In this document: one piece after another, positions 10,607 through 20,331 of the stretch | Layout of the letters: every line of letters begins with the position of its first letter | Numbering within the stretch: position 1 is the first letter of the stretch | Translations under genes and position numbers: made by a program | Notes under the pieces: model-generated | What the model saw: the letters and a program-made list of their open reading frames with translations, nothing else | Databases searched by the model: none | Told to the model about the DNA's origin: nothing | IMG/VR virus record: IMGVR_UViG_3300023179_000046 | Coordinates: 38,990-102,989 of that record | Reading direction: 5' to 3' (one strand) | From: a virus | Length of the DNA stretch: 64,000 bases

Positions 10607-10789
10607 ATGATCCACAAGTACCAAACTCGTCTCACGACCGCCGCTGCGTTGCGCGCCGGTCAAGTCCTTTACCACGGCGGGTCCATCTCGTCGGTGTCGT
10701 TCGATGGTCTTAGCGTCATCGTTCGCGCTTGCGGTAGGGAGTACACGTTCCAAGCGCGCGAGCGCGTTCGGATCTACCCTAACCTCTAG
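10607..10789 (+). CDS. Small hypothetical protein, paralog of 12002..12199
   Basis: Shared YQTRL...YHGG.I...RVRIYPNL; RBS GAAAGG. Confidence 0.85.
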   Translation: MIHKYQTRLTTAAALRAGQVLYHGGSISSVSFDGLSVIVRACGREYTFQARERVRIYPNL

Positions 10790-10871
10790 GTTGCAGTAGG
10801 GGTGCAACGTCACCCCTACTGTCGGACCCCCGTGCTAGGCTCTCACTATCAACAACAACGAAAGGCAAGAA

Positions 10872-11135
10872 ATGACCATCAAGGGCGAACGTCACCTTAT
10901 CAACTACCGGGGCAGCGTAATCTTCGCTGGCCGCTCGCCGTGGGATCTCAATCACCCTGAGAAGGCTCTAGTTCGGGTTCACATCAACGGCCAGTGCTAC
11001 TCGGACGGCGTATGGTCAGACACTCGCACCGATGAGGCGATGGACTACATCGACCGCATCCTAGGCACCTATGGCCCCGACCTTATGCCACAGGGCAGGC
11101 TTGCCCAGTGGATTGTCGAACGCGCCAACGTCTGA
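10872..11135 (+). CDS. Hypothetical protein
   Basis: Own promoter and RBS GAAAGG. Confidence 0.8.
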   Translation: MTIKGERHLINYRGSVIFAGRSPWDLNHPEKALVRVHINGQCYSDGVWSDTRTDEAMDYIDRILGTYGPDLMPQGRLAQWIVERANV

Positions 11136-11177
11136 CCCCTGCACTACCCCTGCAATATCAAACACTAACGAAAGGTA

Positions 11178-11417
11178 ATGCCCATGTATTCATCCGGTGT
11201 CAACGCTTATGGACACGCTGTGGAGTTGGAACACTACACGCGCTTTGTCTACTCGGAGGATGGTCTAGATGAGACCGTTGTGCCGTGCGGTTTCGTTGGA
11301 ATGGTGGATGCATCATTCGATGGGTCTAACGGTATTCTTGACTGCCCCGCCTGTGGCGATGAAATCGAAATCGAAGATGGTAAAGCCCATTGGGCCGATG
11401 CTTGGATTAGTGCCTAA
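11178..11417 (+). CDS. Hypothetical protein with CPACG motif
   Basis: RBS GAAAGG; Zn-ribbon-like. Confidence 0.75.
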   Translation: MPMYSSGVNAYGHAVELEHYTRFVYSEDGLDETVVPCGFVGMVDASFDGSNGILDCPACGDEIEIEDGKAHWADAWISA

Positions 11418-11445
11418 TCATTCTCTAGAAAGAAAGAAGAAATAA

Positions 11446-11595
11446 ATGATGATGAAATACATTGACACATTCCCGCTTTGCGAGCATTGCGATATCGAAA
11501 TGACCGAAGAATGCAACTTCGGATATCGCCACTGGCAATGCAACTGCATTGTTTGTAAAGAATGTCTATGTGCATTCATCGCCCCAATGCATTAG
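11446..11595 (+). CDS. Cys-rich micro-protein (below ORF cut-off)
   Basis: MMMKYIDTFPLCEHC...QCNCIVCKECLCAFIAPMH; followed by hairpin 11595-11620. Confidence 0.6.
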   Translation: MMMKYIDTFPLCEHCDIEMTEECNFGYRHWQCNCIVCKECLCAFIAPMH

Positions 11596-12001
11596 GGGGG
11601 ATATTCTAATATTCCCCCCGCCATTGTTTGATAAAAGAATAGCGAATAAAAAGAATGCATAAAAGAATGCATTCTAAAATAAAAAAGAATGCGATTTGAC
11701 ATTTTTTTAGAATGCGGGCAAGTACTTTGCCCGCGAAATTAATACTTGTCAATGCTTTAAGATAACGATTATGTAACGCTTTTGTAAATGCATTTATTTA
11801 ATTCATGAATAACAATTCAATAACAATTCAATAAACATATTCATGAATAATATGCATAACCATGCATAATATACACACATGGCATGTGATGTAGGTCACA
11901 TCGGCTTAGGTTGCAGAACGGTTGCAAACAGCCCGTTTAGACAAACTACTGTCAGACCCCCATGCTAGACTGATACCATCAACAACAAGAAAGGCAAGAC
12001 A

Positions 12002-12199
12002 ATGACTAAGACCAACGTTCGTTACCAGACCCGCCTAGTGGCCGCCCGCAATTTGCAGGTCGGCACCGTGTGCTACCACGGGGGCGAGATTGTCTCGCGC
12101 GTGCCCAAGAACGGCATCGGAATCGTTGTCACGTTCCGTGACGGTTCCGAGCGTTACTTTGCATACTCTGATCGGGTCAGAATCTACCCCAATCTCTGA
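12002..12199 (+). CDS. Small hypothetical protein, paralog of 10607..10789
   Basis: Shared motifs; promoter at 11950. Confidence 0.85.
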   Translation: MTKTNVRYQTRLVAARNLQVGTVCYHGGEIVSRVPKNGIGIVVTFRDGSERYFAYSDRVRIYPNL

Positions 12200-12251
12200 C
12201 CTGTCAGCCCCCCATGCTAGGCTCTATCAACAACAACGAAAGGTAATCAAA

Positions 12252-12362
12252 ATGTGGGAAATCATCTGTGAATTCGGATCGTGCAAGAACGTTGCAGAGG
12301 TCACCTACCCCGATGGTCGGGGAGATCAAATCCACTATTGCGGATTCCACGAACCGAATTAG
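12252..12362 (+). CDS. Micro-protein (MWEIICEFGSC...YCGFH)
   Basis: Promoter at 12202, RBS GAAAGG. Confidence 0.65.
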   Translation: MWEIICEFGSCKNVAEVTYPDGRGDQIHYCGFHEPN

Positions 12363-12391
12363 GTTCTCCCAACAACAAGAAAGGCAACACC

Positions 12392-12520
12392 ATGAATCAG
12401 GACATATGGGACCAACTCAATGACCTGCACTGGCAGGATGAGTCGCTCTGGTGCCCCCAATGCTCCGAGTGCTCTCAGCCGTGGCCCTGCCTCACCCGTC
12501 AACTCCTAGACCGTCTCTAA
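12392..12520 (+). CDS. Micro-protein, paralog of 14772..14918
   Basis: CSECSQPWPCLTRQLL vs CNECGKSWPCPTRWLL. Confidence 0.75.
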   Translation: MNQDIWDQLNDLHWQDESLWCPQCSECSQPWPCLTRQLLDRL

Positions 12521-12535
12521 AGAAAAGGTAATACA

Positions 12536-12721
12536 ATGATCGTTCACAAATCAATTTCGTACAATGAGTACTTCAATTCCGTTGGCCTTGACCAATGCAT
12601 TCCCTGTAACGAAATGTACATTGTTCTGGAATGCATTGAATGCGGCGATACAATTGGCTGCTACTATTGTGAGGATGACTATTCTATTCCTCACGATTGT
12701 TTCGCATACATTTCGGAATAA
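12536..12721 (+). CDS. Cys-rich hypothetical protein
   Basis: Three CxxC motifs; RBS AAGG. Confidence 0.7.
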   Translation: MIVHKSISYNEYFNSVGLDQCIPCNEMYIVLECIECGDTIGCYYCEDDYSIPHDCFAYISE

Positions 12722-12928
12722 ATAGAATACCCGCCGAAATTAGCGGGTAATTCTTTTCCAAAAAAGAATGCAATTTGACTAAATTTTAAAAGGCGGGCAA
12801 GTTCTTGCCCGCTTGACCTATCTCTGTCAAGCCTTACGTTGCATACATTACATAGGCTTTTTGGCTTGCCATTGTCGGCCCCACCGTGTAGAGTTTGGCT
12901 ACCAACCCAACGAGCGAGAGGCCCGCCC

Positions 12929-13078
12929 ATGTTTGACGACCGCACCCCCGCGCTGGAAGAAATTGCCGAAATGTGGCTCTACGATTGGGCCGTCCTCTGG
13001 GCCGCGAACGAGTATTTCCCTGAGGATTGGGAGGACCGCGACCCGGCTGAATGGCTGGACGACGCGCCAGAATTCTAA
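12929..13078 (+). CDS. Acidic micro-protein, paralog of 14189..14365
   Basis: Shared PE.WEDRDPAEWLDDAP and near-identical 5' UTR; sole gene in its module. Confidence 0.8.
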   Translation: MFDDRTPALEEIAEMWLYDWAVLWAANEYFPEDWEDRDPAEWLDDAPEF

Positions 13079-13291
13079 AACCCTTGCCCCTTCGGGGGCA
13101 AGCGGGTAAGTACTTGCCCGCGCAGAGCGCGCTGTCAAGTACTTACGATAACGATTAAGTAACGCATTTATATTCACATTTATTGCATATTATTCATGGT
13201 TGCAGAATGGTAGCAAGATCAGTTTGGGTCTTGTGAACTGTCGGACCCCCATGCTACGCTGGCTCTATCAACAACGACGAAAGGTGATCGA

Positions 13292-13516
13292 ATGATTCCC
13301 CTCCCGCCCATTCCCAACGATGCAATTAACGAGGCTACGGCAGAAGTATTCGCCATCACAAACTCGCTCACCCTAGCCGCACGGGTAGGACACGATGCAC
13401 TAAACGCTGCCCTGCCTTACATTGTTATTGCGACGCTGCGCCACTTTGCTGACTGGAACCCCGATGGTGGACTTGACTTGCTGGCCGACGAGATTGAGGG
13501 GGAACTAAACAAATGA
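13292..13516 (+). CDS. Hypothetical protein
   Basis: Promoter at 13239, RBS GAAAGG. Confidence 0.75.
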   Translation: MIPLPPIPNDAINEATAEVFAITNSLTLAARVGHDALNAALPYIVIATLRHFADWNPDGGLDLLADEIEGELNK

Positions 13517-13681
13517 CCACCCTACGCTCATTCTGCGTTTGCCTTCACGAATCCTACATGCGATTCCAGTATAATGAAGAAACCGGGCTTATTCATTGCC
13601 CCAAATGCAATTACCCGTCGTGGTACAGCCTGTACCCCGAAGAACTGTCTCAATCAGAATACTAGACAACGGAGAAATAAA

Positions 13682-13870
13682 ATGACCTACACCATCATTA
13701 GCAACAAGGCACAATGCGGAGAATGCGGATTCATTATCGAATCCCGCCACCGCCACGACTTCGCCTCCTGTAAATGTGGTAACATCTTCGTTGACGGAGG
13801 AAAAGAATACCTCCGCAGAGGATTCAAGAACGCAGACACATTCATCGAATTGTCAGAAACAGAGGGATAA
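13682..13870 (+). CDS. Common small phage Zn-binding protein
   Basis: AQCGECG..IES.HRHDF..CKCG...VDGG..YLRR pattern; RBS GGAG. Confidence 0.8.
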   Translation: MTYTIISNKAQCGECGFIIESRHRHDFASCKCGNIFVDGGKEYLRRGFKNADTFIELSETEG

Positions 13871-14188
13871 TAACTAATGATGCGCTCCCGCCGAAATAGG
13901 GCACTATTGAAAAGCGCAGCCTGCCCGTGGTATTGCTGCTGCGAATTGGAACGCAACCGAACATATCGCACCCGCGAAAAAAACAATTGGCGTAAATGGC
14001 GAAAAGAATACTAGAGAGCCGCTTGACCCTTCGGGGTCAAGCGGGCAAGTATTTCCCCGCGCGAAATACTTTGTCAACCTCTTACGATGTGGCTTACGTC
14101 ACACAGAAATAACACTGTTTTGAGTTGCATCTGTCAGTCCCGCCCTGTATCGTTCTACCTACCAACCCACCGAGCGAGAGGCACGCCC

Positions 14189-14365
14189 ATGCTGCACCCC
14201 ACCACCGACCAGTTCCTGCCCGAAGAATGGGAGGACCGCGACCCCGCCGAGTGGCTGGACGACGCGCCCGATGACGAGCCTCCCATGCCCGAGGACGACG
14301 AGGACTGGGGGGACCATTGGGAGGACGCCGCCGCCGAATATTTCTTATTCGGAGGTGACTACTAA
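14189..14365 (+). CDS. Acidic micro-protein, paralog of 12929..13078
   Basis: Shared motif; very D/E-rich; sole gene in its module. Confidence 0.8.
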   Translation: MLHPTTDQFLPEEWEDRDPAEWLDDAPDDEPPMPEDDEDWGDHWEDAAAEYFLFGGDY

Positions 14366-14543
14366 AACCCTTGCCCCTTCGGGGGCAAGCGGGTAAGTAC
14401 TTGCCCACGGCAAGTACTTAGTCAACACCTTACGATGTGACATACGACACACTAAAATAACGCTGTTTGGGGTTCCATATGTCAGACCCATCCGGTAAAG
14501 TTCTACCTGTCAGCAAGAAACCCCAACCGAAAGGAAGTGCCCC

Positions 14544-14702
14544 GTGGGAATCTCATCCCCCACCGTCATCGTCTCCACCGAAATCTGGTCCACCAAGCAC
14601 GGCAAGGTCACCAAGGCCGTCGTTCGTACCCCCAACGGCACCTTCCTTGGAGCCACCAACCAGACCGCCGCGATTGCCCCGGTTGTAGTTGGTCGTCGGT
14701 AA
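14544..14702 (+). CDS. 52-aa protein missed by the ORF track, paralog of 20958..21122
   Basis: GTG start after GAAAGGA; STEIWSTKHGKVTKAVVRTPNGTFLGATNQTAAIAP; hairpin follows. Confidence 0.85.
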   Translation: MGISSPTVIVSTEIWSTKHGKVTKAVVRTPNGTFLGATNQTAAIAPVVVGRR

Positions 14703-14771
14703 ATAGATCGAACAATGGCCCCCCGCATTGTTCGGGGGGCATTGTTGTTACTAAAAGAATAGGATAAAGAA

Positions 14772-14918
14772 ATGTCATCAGTCTCCGACACGCTTGACGA
14801 ACTTTTCGAAATGCATGGCCCCGACCTTAGCAATTCGTGGATGCCCCCGTACCTCTGCAACGAGTGCGGAAAGTCATGGCCGTGCCCGACGCGCTGGCTG
14901 CTGAACCATCTAGCGTAA
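14772..14918 (+). CDS. Micro-protein, paralog of 12392..12520
   Basis: CxxC...WPC.TR.LL motif; RBS AGGA. Confidence 0.7.
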   Translation: MSSVSDTLDELFEMHGPDLSNSWMPPYLCNECGKSWPCPTRWLLNHLA

Positions 14919-15049
14919 CGATGCTTGACCCTTCGGGGTCAAGCGGGCAAGTACTTGCCCGCCAAAGGCGGGCTGTCAAGTACTTACGATGTGACATACG
15001 ACACACGATTATGCTTCCATTTGTCGGCCCGCTGTGGTAGATTGCTCTC

Positions 15050-15762
15050 ATGACACAGACACTCACCCGCAGCAAAGACCGCAAGGTCGCCAACCTAGTT
15101 TCCCCTAATGGCAAGTCGGCAGTAATTGCTAATTCATTCGGTATTCCCGCCGGTAAGCAATTCTCTTGCCCCTCTGCCACCGATTTCTGTTCCACCATTT
15201 GCTACGCTGGCAAACTGGAGAAGATTTACACTAACGTCAAGTCTGCGCTAATTCGCAATTGGGAAGCGTTGCAGGATAAGTCCACCGAAGAATTGTATGA
15301 CATTCTTTCGGGAATGATCGCAGAATTCAATTCGGAATGTGACAAGCGCGGAGCCGATAAACTATTCCGTATCCATTGGGACGGTGATTTCTTCGCCCCG
15401 CATTACACCGCCGCATGGTCTAAGGTAATTGCAAACAACCCACAGATTCAATTCTGGGTCTATACTCGCGTTGCCACCGCTGCCCTATTCTTGCACGCGC
15501 GCAAGTATTCCAACCTTGGATTGTATTTCTCTGCCGACCCTGACAATATTGAGGCTGCCCGCCTATTAGAGTCTAAAGGCATCAATATTGCCTATGTCGA
15601 TAAGTCATTCGCTCAGGGTAAAGAACAATTCCCCAACGCTACCCGCTGCCCGAGAACAATAAGGCACTCCCGCTAATCACCGATAAGGGATCAGCCTGTG
15701 CCCGTTGCGGATTGTGTATCAATGGCCGCAAGTCCGTGCTATTCTCCACTAGTAAGAAGTGA
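15050..15762 (+). pseudogene. Gp88-like Cys-motif (radical-SAM-like) protein with a 1-nt frameshift near 15650
   Basis: SCPSAT.FC..ICYA and FRIHWDGDFF; expected C-terminus (CPENNK...CARCGLC...KK) continues in another frame to TGA 15760-15762; apparently leaderless start. Confidence 0.75.
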
Positions 15763-15847
15763 GCATCCTAGACGTAATTGTGTTTCTATTCGTCTATCTC
15801 CCCGCAATGATTGGCATGTTCATAGTAATACCATTTCTAATTGCATT

Positions 15848-15905
15848 CATCTTGCATAAAGAATAGCGGTCATCTTGCATAAAGAATAGCGGTCATCTTG
15901 CATAA
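15848..15905. repeat. 23-bp tandem repeat, 2.5 copies
   Basis: CATCTTGCATAAAGAATAGCGGT at 15848 and 15871, partial at 15894. Confidence 0.9.
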
Positions 15906-16131
15906 TAGTTAACGGTGGGGCGGCTAATGTCGCCCCACCTAAGTACTTGACAGCCCGCCTGTCGGCGGGCAAGTACTTGCCCGCAGGGCAAGCACTTGTC
16001 AATACCTTACGATGTGATCTTTGACACGTTTTTTAGGTTGCAGAATGGTTGCAGGTGGTAGGGCACTGTCAGTCGGCTGTGCTAATCTTCTCTCAGTCGA
16101 AAGGTTCGGCTACACAAGAACAGGAGTCACC

Positions 16132-16389
16132 ATGTGGCAGTTTGACGCAGCGTGCGACACGCAAGACACCGAAATCTTCTTCTCTGAACTCCGCAGCAAG
16201 GTTGTCAAGGCTAAGGCAATCTGCGCCACATGCCCCGTTCGTAGCCAATGCCTCTCATTCGCTATTGCCGAAGATATCGACACCGGAATCTTCGGAGGCC
16301 TCACCCCCGCCGAGCGTAAAGAATTGTTGCGCCCTAAGAACAACGAAGGCCCCCGCGCCCAATGGGAAATCGACCTACTTGACTCGTAA
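16132..16389 (+). CDS. whiB: WhiB-family transcription factor
   Basis: AAC...FFS...AKAICATCPVRSQC...GIFGGLTPAER; RBS AGGAG. Confidence 0.93.
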   Translation: MWQFDAACDTQDTEIFFSELRSKVVKAKAICATCPVRSQCLSFAIAEDIDTGIFGGLTPAERKELLRPKNNEGPRAQWEIDLLDS

Positions 16390-16424
16390 TCCTGCAACAT
16401 CAAACAACTAATAAGGAGAAACAA

Positions 16425-16760
16425 ATGGGAATTATTCAGCACGACGCCGTTCTCGTCACATTCAGCGACTACGCAGAATCGCGGGGCACATTCGAACTTG
16501 AGAAATTGCGCGCTCTCCTGCCCGTAGAGGTCGCAAGCCTGCTCTCTGTCACCGATGCCGTATCCAACGGATACCGTACCCTATTCTTTGCCCCCGATGG
16601 GTCTAAGGAGGGATGGGAAACTTCTAACGATGGCGACGACGCCCGTGACATTATTCGCCAATACTGCGAAGAAACGTTGCCCTATTGCGAAGTTATTGTA
16701 GTTTCCTATGGAGAACTGGGAAACAGAATTTGGGATTACCCCGACGGATATGTAAACTAA
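16425..16760 (+). CDS. Hypothetical protein
   Basis: RBS AAGGAG; [11 protein letters not shown] motif. Confidence 0.8.
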   Translation: MGIIQHDAVLVTFSDYAESRGTFELEKLRALLPVEVASLLSVTDAVSNGYRTLFFAPDGSKEGWETSNDGDDARDIIRQYCEETLPYCEVIVVSYGELGNRIWDYPDGYVN

Positions 16761-16942
16761 ACAATGGCACGATAATGCCGAAATTGGGCGAACGCGCGCC
16801 GGTGGTTGTGTTGTATCTGCGCGGTCTGCTGGGTGTGCCGACTTTGCCGTGATGCGGCCTTTCGGACCCCCGGATCTTTGGAACGCCAATAGCCTGCAAA
16901 CCCCCTGGTCTTTGGAACGTAAGTTGGTAGAGTTCAACCACG

Positions 16943-17240
16943 GCGATCCTTCGCGGTCCGGCCGCGTGGTCGCCAACATGGAAGCCTCGCTCGGCGTTCC
17001 CACCGCAACGAGCGTGCGCGGCGTGCCAGCGAAGTTGCTCATTGACAACCGAATCGTCATCAACAACCACCTCGCGCGCGCACGGCCGACAGTTGAGGCC
17101 AAGGAGGCGGCGTGGGCAGCAGCAGTCGAGAGTGACGAGTTGTCCAACGCGATCCTCGGCGCCACCGTGGGGGGCTTCAACCAGCCCGATCAGCGTGACC
17201 TGCTTCGTCCGTTCGTGGACAAGTACGTCGCCGCCCTGTC
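16943..17240 (+). other. High-GC mosaic of bacterial gene fragments (kgd/sucA-like then pepN-like)
   Basis: [37 protein letters not shown] resembles actinobacterial Kgd; [12 protein letters not shown]...[19 protein letters not shown] resembles the PepN C-terminal domain. Confidence 0.75.
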
Positions 17241-17278
17241 ACGGCGGAGGTCACGGGTTCGAATCCCGTTAGAGTCGC
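17229..17278 (+). tRNA. tRNA-Asp(GTC), 3' half only
   Basis: CCGCC-CTGTCAC-GGCGG anticodon arm, GGTTCGAATCC T arm, TAGAGTCG acceptor strand; no 5' half upstream. Confidence 0.8.
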
Positions 17279-17563
17279 TTGACACCCGCCCTTCGGGCGG
17301 GTAAGTACTTGCCCGCCAACGGCGGGCTGTCAAGTACTTTACGTTGTGACATTCACCACACATTTTTTGCCGTTTATCCTTGACTCTAGGATAGCCGTAC
17401 TGTAAAGTACATACCATGAAGAACAAGCGCAGAGAGCAGAAGCAGAAAGAATACGTCGAACACGTCCAGAATCTCCGCAGAGGTTCTACCACTGACCGTC
17501 ACAAGTCCGTCAAGGATTACCGCCGTAAGAATAAGTCAAACACTCTAGGATGGGAGAAAGAAT

Positions 17564-17962
17564 ATGCGTGACATTATTGTGTTCCACCCCGGCACAGGTA
17601 CTATCCTGCCCCTGAACGATGAGGTTTACCTTATCGACTATGCCTCCCTTAGCGAAGAAGAACAGGGAATGGTTGACTACGGCAACATCGACCTTGACGA
17701 AATCGAAACCTACCGTTTGTCCAACCACCTTGTCGGCTATCAGTACTTTGGCGACGAGATTGACGACTCCGATGACTACCTTGTTGGCATCCCGACTACC
17801 TCCATCCCGCTTGACGTTGTGGTTGACCCTAACGAGGACTTTGGCGAGTTGCTTGACGACGACGAAGATGAGGACTTTGGCGATTCGGAAGCGTGGACGG
17901 AAGAAGAAATAGAAGATCTCAAGAAAGTATTAGCAGAATGGACGCCCCCGGCACCCGAATGA
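17564..17962 (+). CDS. Highly acidic hypothetical protein
   Basis: D/E-rich, RBS GGAG; downstream of a TTGACT-N17-TAAAGT promoter at ~17380. Confidence 0.75.
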   Translation: MRDIIVFHPGTGTILPLNDEVYLIDYASLSEEEQGMVDYGNIDLDEIETYRLSNHLVGYQYFGDEIDDSDDYLVGIPTTSIPLDVVVDPNEDFGELLDDDEDEDFGDSEAWTEEEIEDLKKVLAEWTPPAPE

Positions 17963-18395
17963 GCGCATACGCTGTACTTGCAATCATAGTTTTAACTTTC
18001 GCTCCCGCCCTCACATACTACCTAGGCTATAAGCAGGGTAGATCAGACCTAAACTATGAATGGGGTAAAGATGCCTAATCTAGAATACATTGGCTCGCTA
18101 GCCCACTACCACGGGCCATGCGAAATCGTAGACGAAGCCTACACACGACAGGGCCGCTACTCCATTGTTCTCCCCAACGGCAAAATGCTAATCAACGTCC
18201 GCCCCCAATCCATTCTCATAATCCAAGACTAAACTGCTTGACCCTTCGGGGTCAAGCGGGTAAGTACTTGCCCGCAAGGCAAGCACTTGTCAACCCCTTA
18301 CGATGTGACATTACGCACACCAAAAAAGGTTACAATTCTGGCCTCCTTGCCGTAAAGTTTGTCCTGTCAGAAAGCCCCCCACATAAGGAGTCACA

Positions 18396-18914
18396 GTGCC
18401 CAACTGGTGCAGCAACAGTATCCGAGTCAGCCCCAAGGGCTACAACTTGGCTATCTCTTACTCATTCATGCTCGCGCTAATGTCATACTACCCATTCTTC
18501 ACACTCTCCGCTGTCAAGGGCAAGGCACCCAACGACACCGACTCCTATGACTGGAATGTCAAGAACTATGGCACCAAGTGGGACATTGACCCGGTGGCAT
18601 GGAAGATTGAGATTGACGATGTAGACTATTGGTACACCCTATGGGTTACCTTTGACACCGCATGGTCCCCGGCCACACCCGTCGTAGAACAACTGTCCAT
18701 CGAATATCCCCAATTGGTATTCACCCACGCCTACTGCGAAATGGGAATGGACTACCTAGGCGTAGACCAATGGCAAGCGGGGGAAAAGACTGTAATTGAG
18801 GACAGCGCACCATCTGAATATGATTGGGACGACGAAGATCCCTACTCTATGCCCGAAACCCCCTCAGACCTTGCTGAGTTTCTAGAGGCAAACCGCATCC
18901 ACCTAGGAGGATAA
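18396..18914 (+). CDS. DUF1281/YubB-like ferredoxin-fold protein
   Basis: MPNWCSN...DWNVKNYGTKWD...FDTAWSP. Confidence 0.85.
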   Translation: MPNWCSNSIRVSPKGYNLAISYSFMLALMSYYPFFTLSAVKGKAPNDTDSYDWNVKNYGTKWDIDPVAWKIEIDDVDYWYTLWVTFDTAWSPATPVVEQLSIEYPQLVFTHAYCEMGMDYLGVDQWQAGEKTVIEDSAPSEYDWDDEDPYSMPETPSDLAEFLEANRIHLGG

Positions 18915-18917
18915 CCA

Positions 18918-19130
18918 ATGGTATTCCAAGAAGCCTACGGAGAACTAACTAAAGAACAATGGAGACTCTACAAGAAACACTCCATTACTCCCGCCGAACA
19001 CTACATGCTAGAATCATACGCAAACTATGACGCCCAACAAATAATTCAAATAATCAAAAACTCCATAAACAAAGCAGGCAAACTCTCCCCCTCATTCCTT
19101 ATGAGCGCAATTGCAGAAATAAACAACTAA
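18918..19130 (+). CDS. Hypothetical protein
   Basis: RBS AGGAGG. Confidence 0.75.
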   Translation: MVFQEAYGELTKEQWRLYKKHSITPAEHYMLESYANYDAQQIIQIIKNSINKAGKLSPSFLMSAIAEINN

Positions 19131-19320
19131 CAAGCCCTTGCCCCTTCGGGGGCAAGCGGGTAAGTACTTGCCCGCGCGGAGCGCGGCTGTCAAGTACTTT
19201 ACGTTGTGACTTACGACACACTAAAATAACTACAAATATCCTAGAAAAACCCTTCCGTTTGTCAGACTGATGATGTAGTCTATGACTACAAAGTTAGCCA
19301 CTACCCACTAGGAGATTCAC

Positions 19321-20331
19321 ATGCATGGTCTAGAAACCAATGGCACAGAGGTCGCTTTCGCCCTCCGTGGTGCCCCCGCGTGGCACAACCTCGCAAACAA
19401 GACTTTCGGTGCCGATGAGACGGTCACTACCTCGCAGATGCTTGACGCTGCCATGCTTTCCAACTGGAACATCCAACTGCACGCCGTTTCGGAGTACGCG
19501 CCCGAGTCATTCCGTTTCTCGTCCGACTCGTACATGGTCACCCGTACCAACCCGTTCGACGGTGGCACTGACGTTCTCGCCACCGTTGGCGAGCGTTACA
19601 CTGTCGTTCAGAACGAGAGCCTGTTTGAGTTTGCCGATCACATTCTGGACGGCGGCGCATCGTGGGAGTCGGCTGGCTCCATCAAGGGCGGTCGTCGTGT
19701 GTTCGGTTCGCTCGTCATCCCGCGCGAGATTGTTCTGGACCCCAACGGTGCCAACGACAAGACTGTCACCTACCTGCTCGTCAACACGTCGCACGACGGA
19801 TCAACCGCTGTGCAGGCTTCCATCACCCCCGTTCGCGTGGTCTGCCAGAACACGCTCAACCTTGCGCTCCACAAGGTCAAGCAGACCTACAAGATCCGTC
19901 ACACTCAGACCGTGGGCGGTAAGGTTGCTGCGGCTCAGTCTGCGCTTGGCCTGACCTACACCTACATGGACGCTTTCAGTGCAGAGGTTACTGCCCTGTT
20001 TGAGCAGTCCATCACCGATCAGACTTTCGACTCCATCGTCAAGGCTATCTACCCTCAGCCTGAGAAGGACGCTAAGGGTGCCCTGACCAAGTGGACGAAC
20101 AAGGTCGATCTCGTTCAGGACTTGTACCGTACCTCCCCCACTAACGCCAACATCAAGGGCACCGCGTGGGGCGCGCTCAACGCTCTCACTGAGCGCCTTG
20201 ACTGGTTCCGCAACGGTCGCGGCGATGACTCTAAGGAGAACGTGGCCGCTGCCGCTACTGGCTTCGACCCCGTGACCAACACGGAGAAGAACCGCATCCT
20301 GTCCGTTGTCAAGGAACTTTCTTTCGCCTAG
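19321..20331 (+). CDS. DUF932 (phage/plasmid-like TIGR03299-type) protein
   Basis: PAWHNL, VG.RY.VVQN, SHDGS, TPVRVVCQNTL, IRHT, GTAWGALNA.TE. Confidence 0.92.
   Translation: MHGLETNGTEVAFALRGAPAWHNLANKTFGADETVTTSQMLDAAMLSNWNIQLHAVSEYAPESFRFSSDSYMVTRTNPFDGGTDVLATVGERYTVVQNESLFEFADHILDGGASWESAGSIKGGRRVFGSLVIPREIVLDPNGANDKTVTYLLVNTSHDGSTAVQASITPVRVVCQNTLNLALHKVKQTYKIRHTQTVGGKVAAAQSALGLTYTYMDAFSAEVTALFEQSITDQTFDSIVKAIYPQPEKDAKGALTKWTNKVDLVQDLYRTSPTNANIKGTAWGALNALTERLDWFRNGRGDDSKENVAAAATGFDPVTNTEKNRILSVVKELSFA

Noticed and set aside
14467-14860. ORFs 14467+, 14510- and 14537+
   Set aside because: The real frame is 14544-14702, supported by its RBS and the paralog at 20958.
17229-17278. tRNA 3' half as attP/attR of a prophage
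   Set aside because: No integrase in the window, phage genes continue on both sides, and the upstream DNA is a patchwork rather than contiguous host sequence.
16849-17304. 151-aa ORF as a genuine phage gene
   Set aside because: It is a concatenation of kgd-like, pepN-like and tRNA sequence with no clear RBS.
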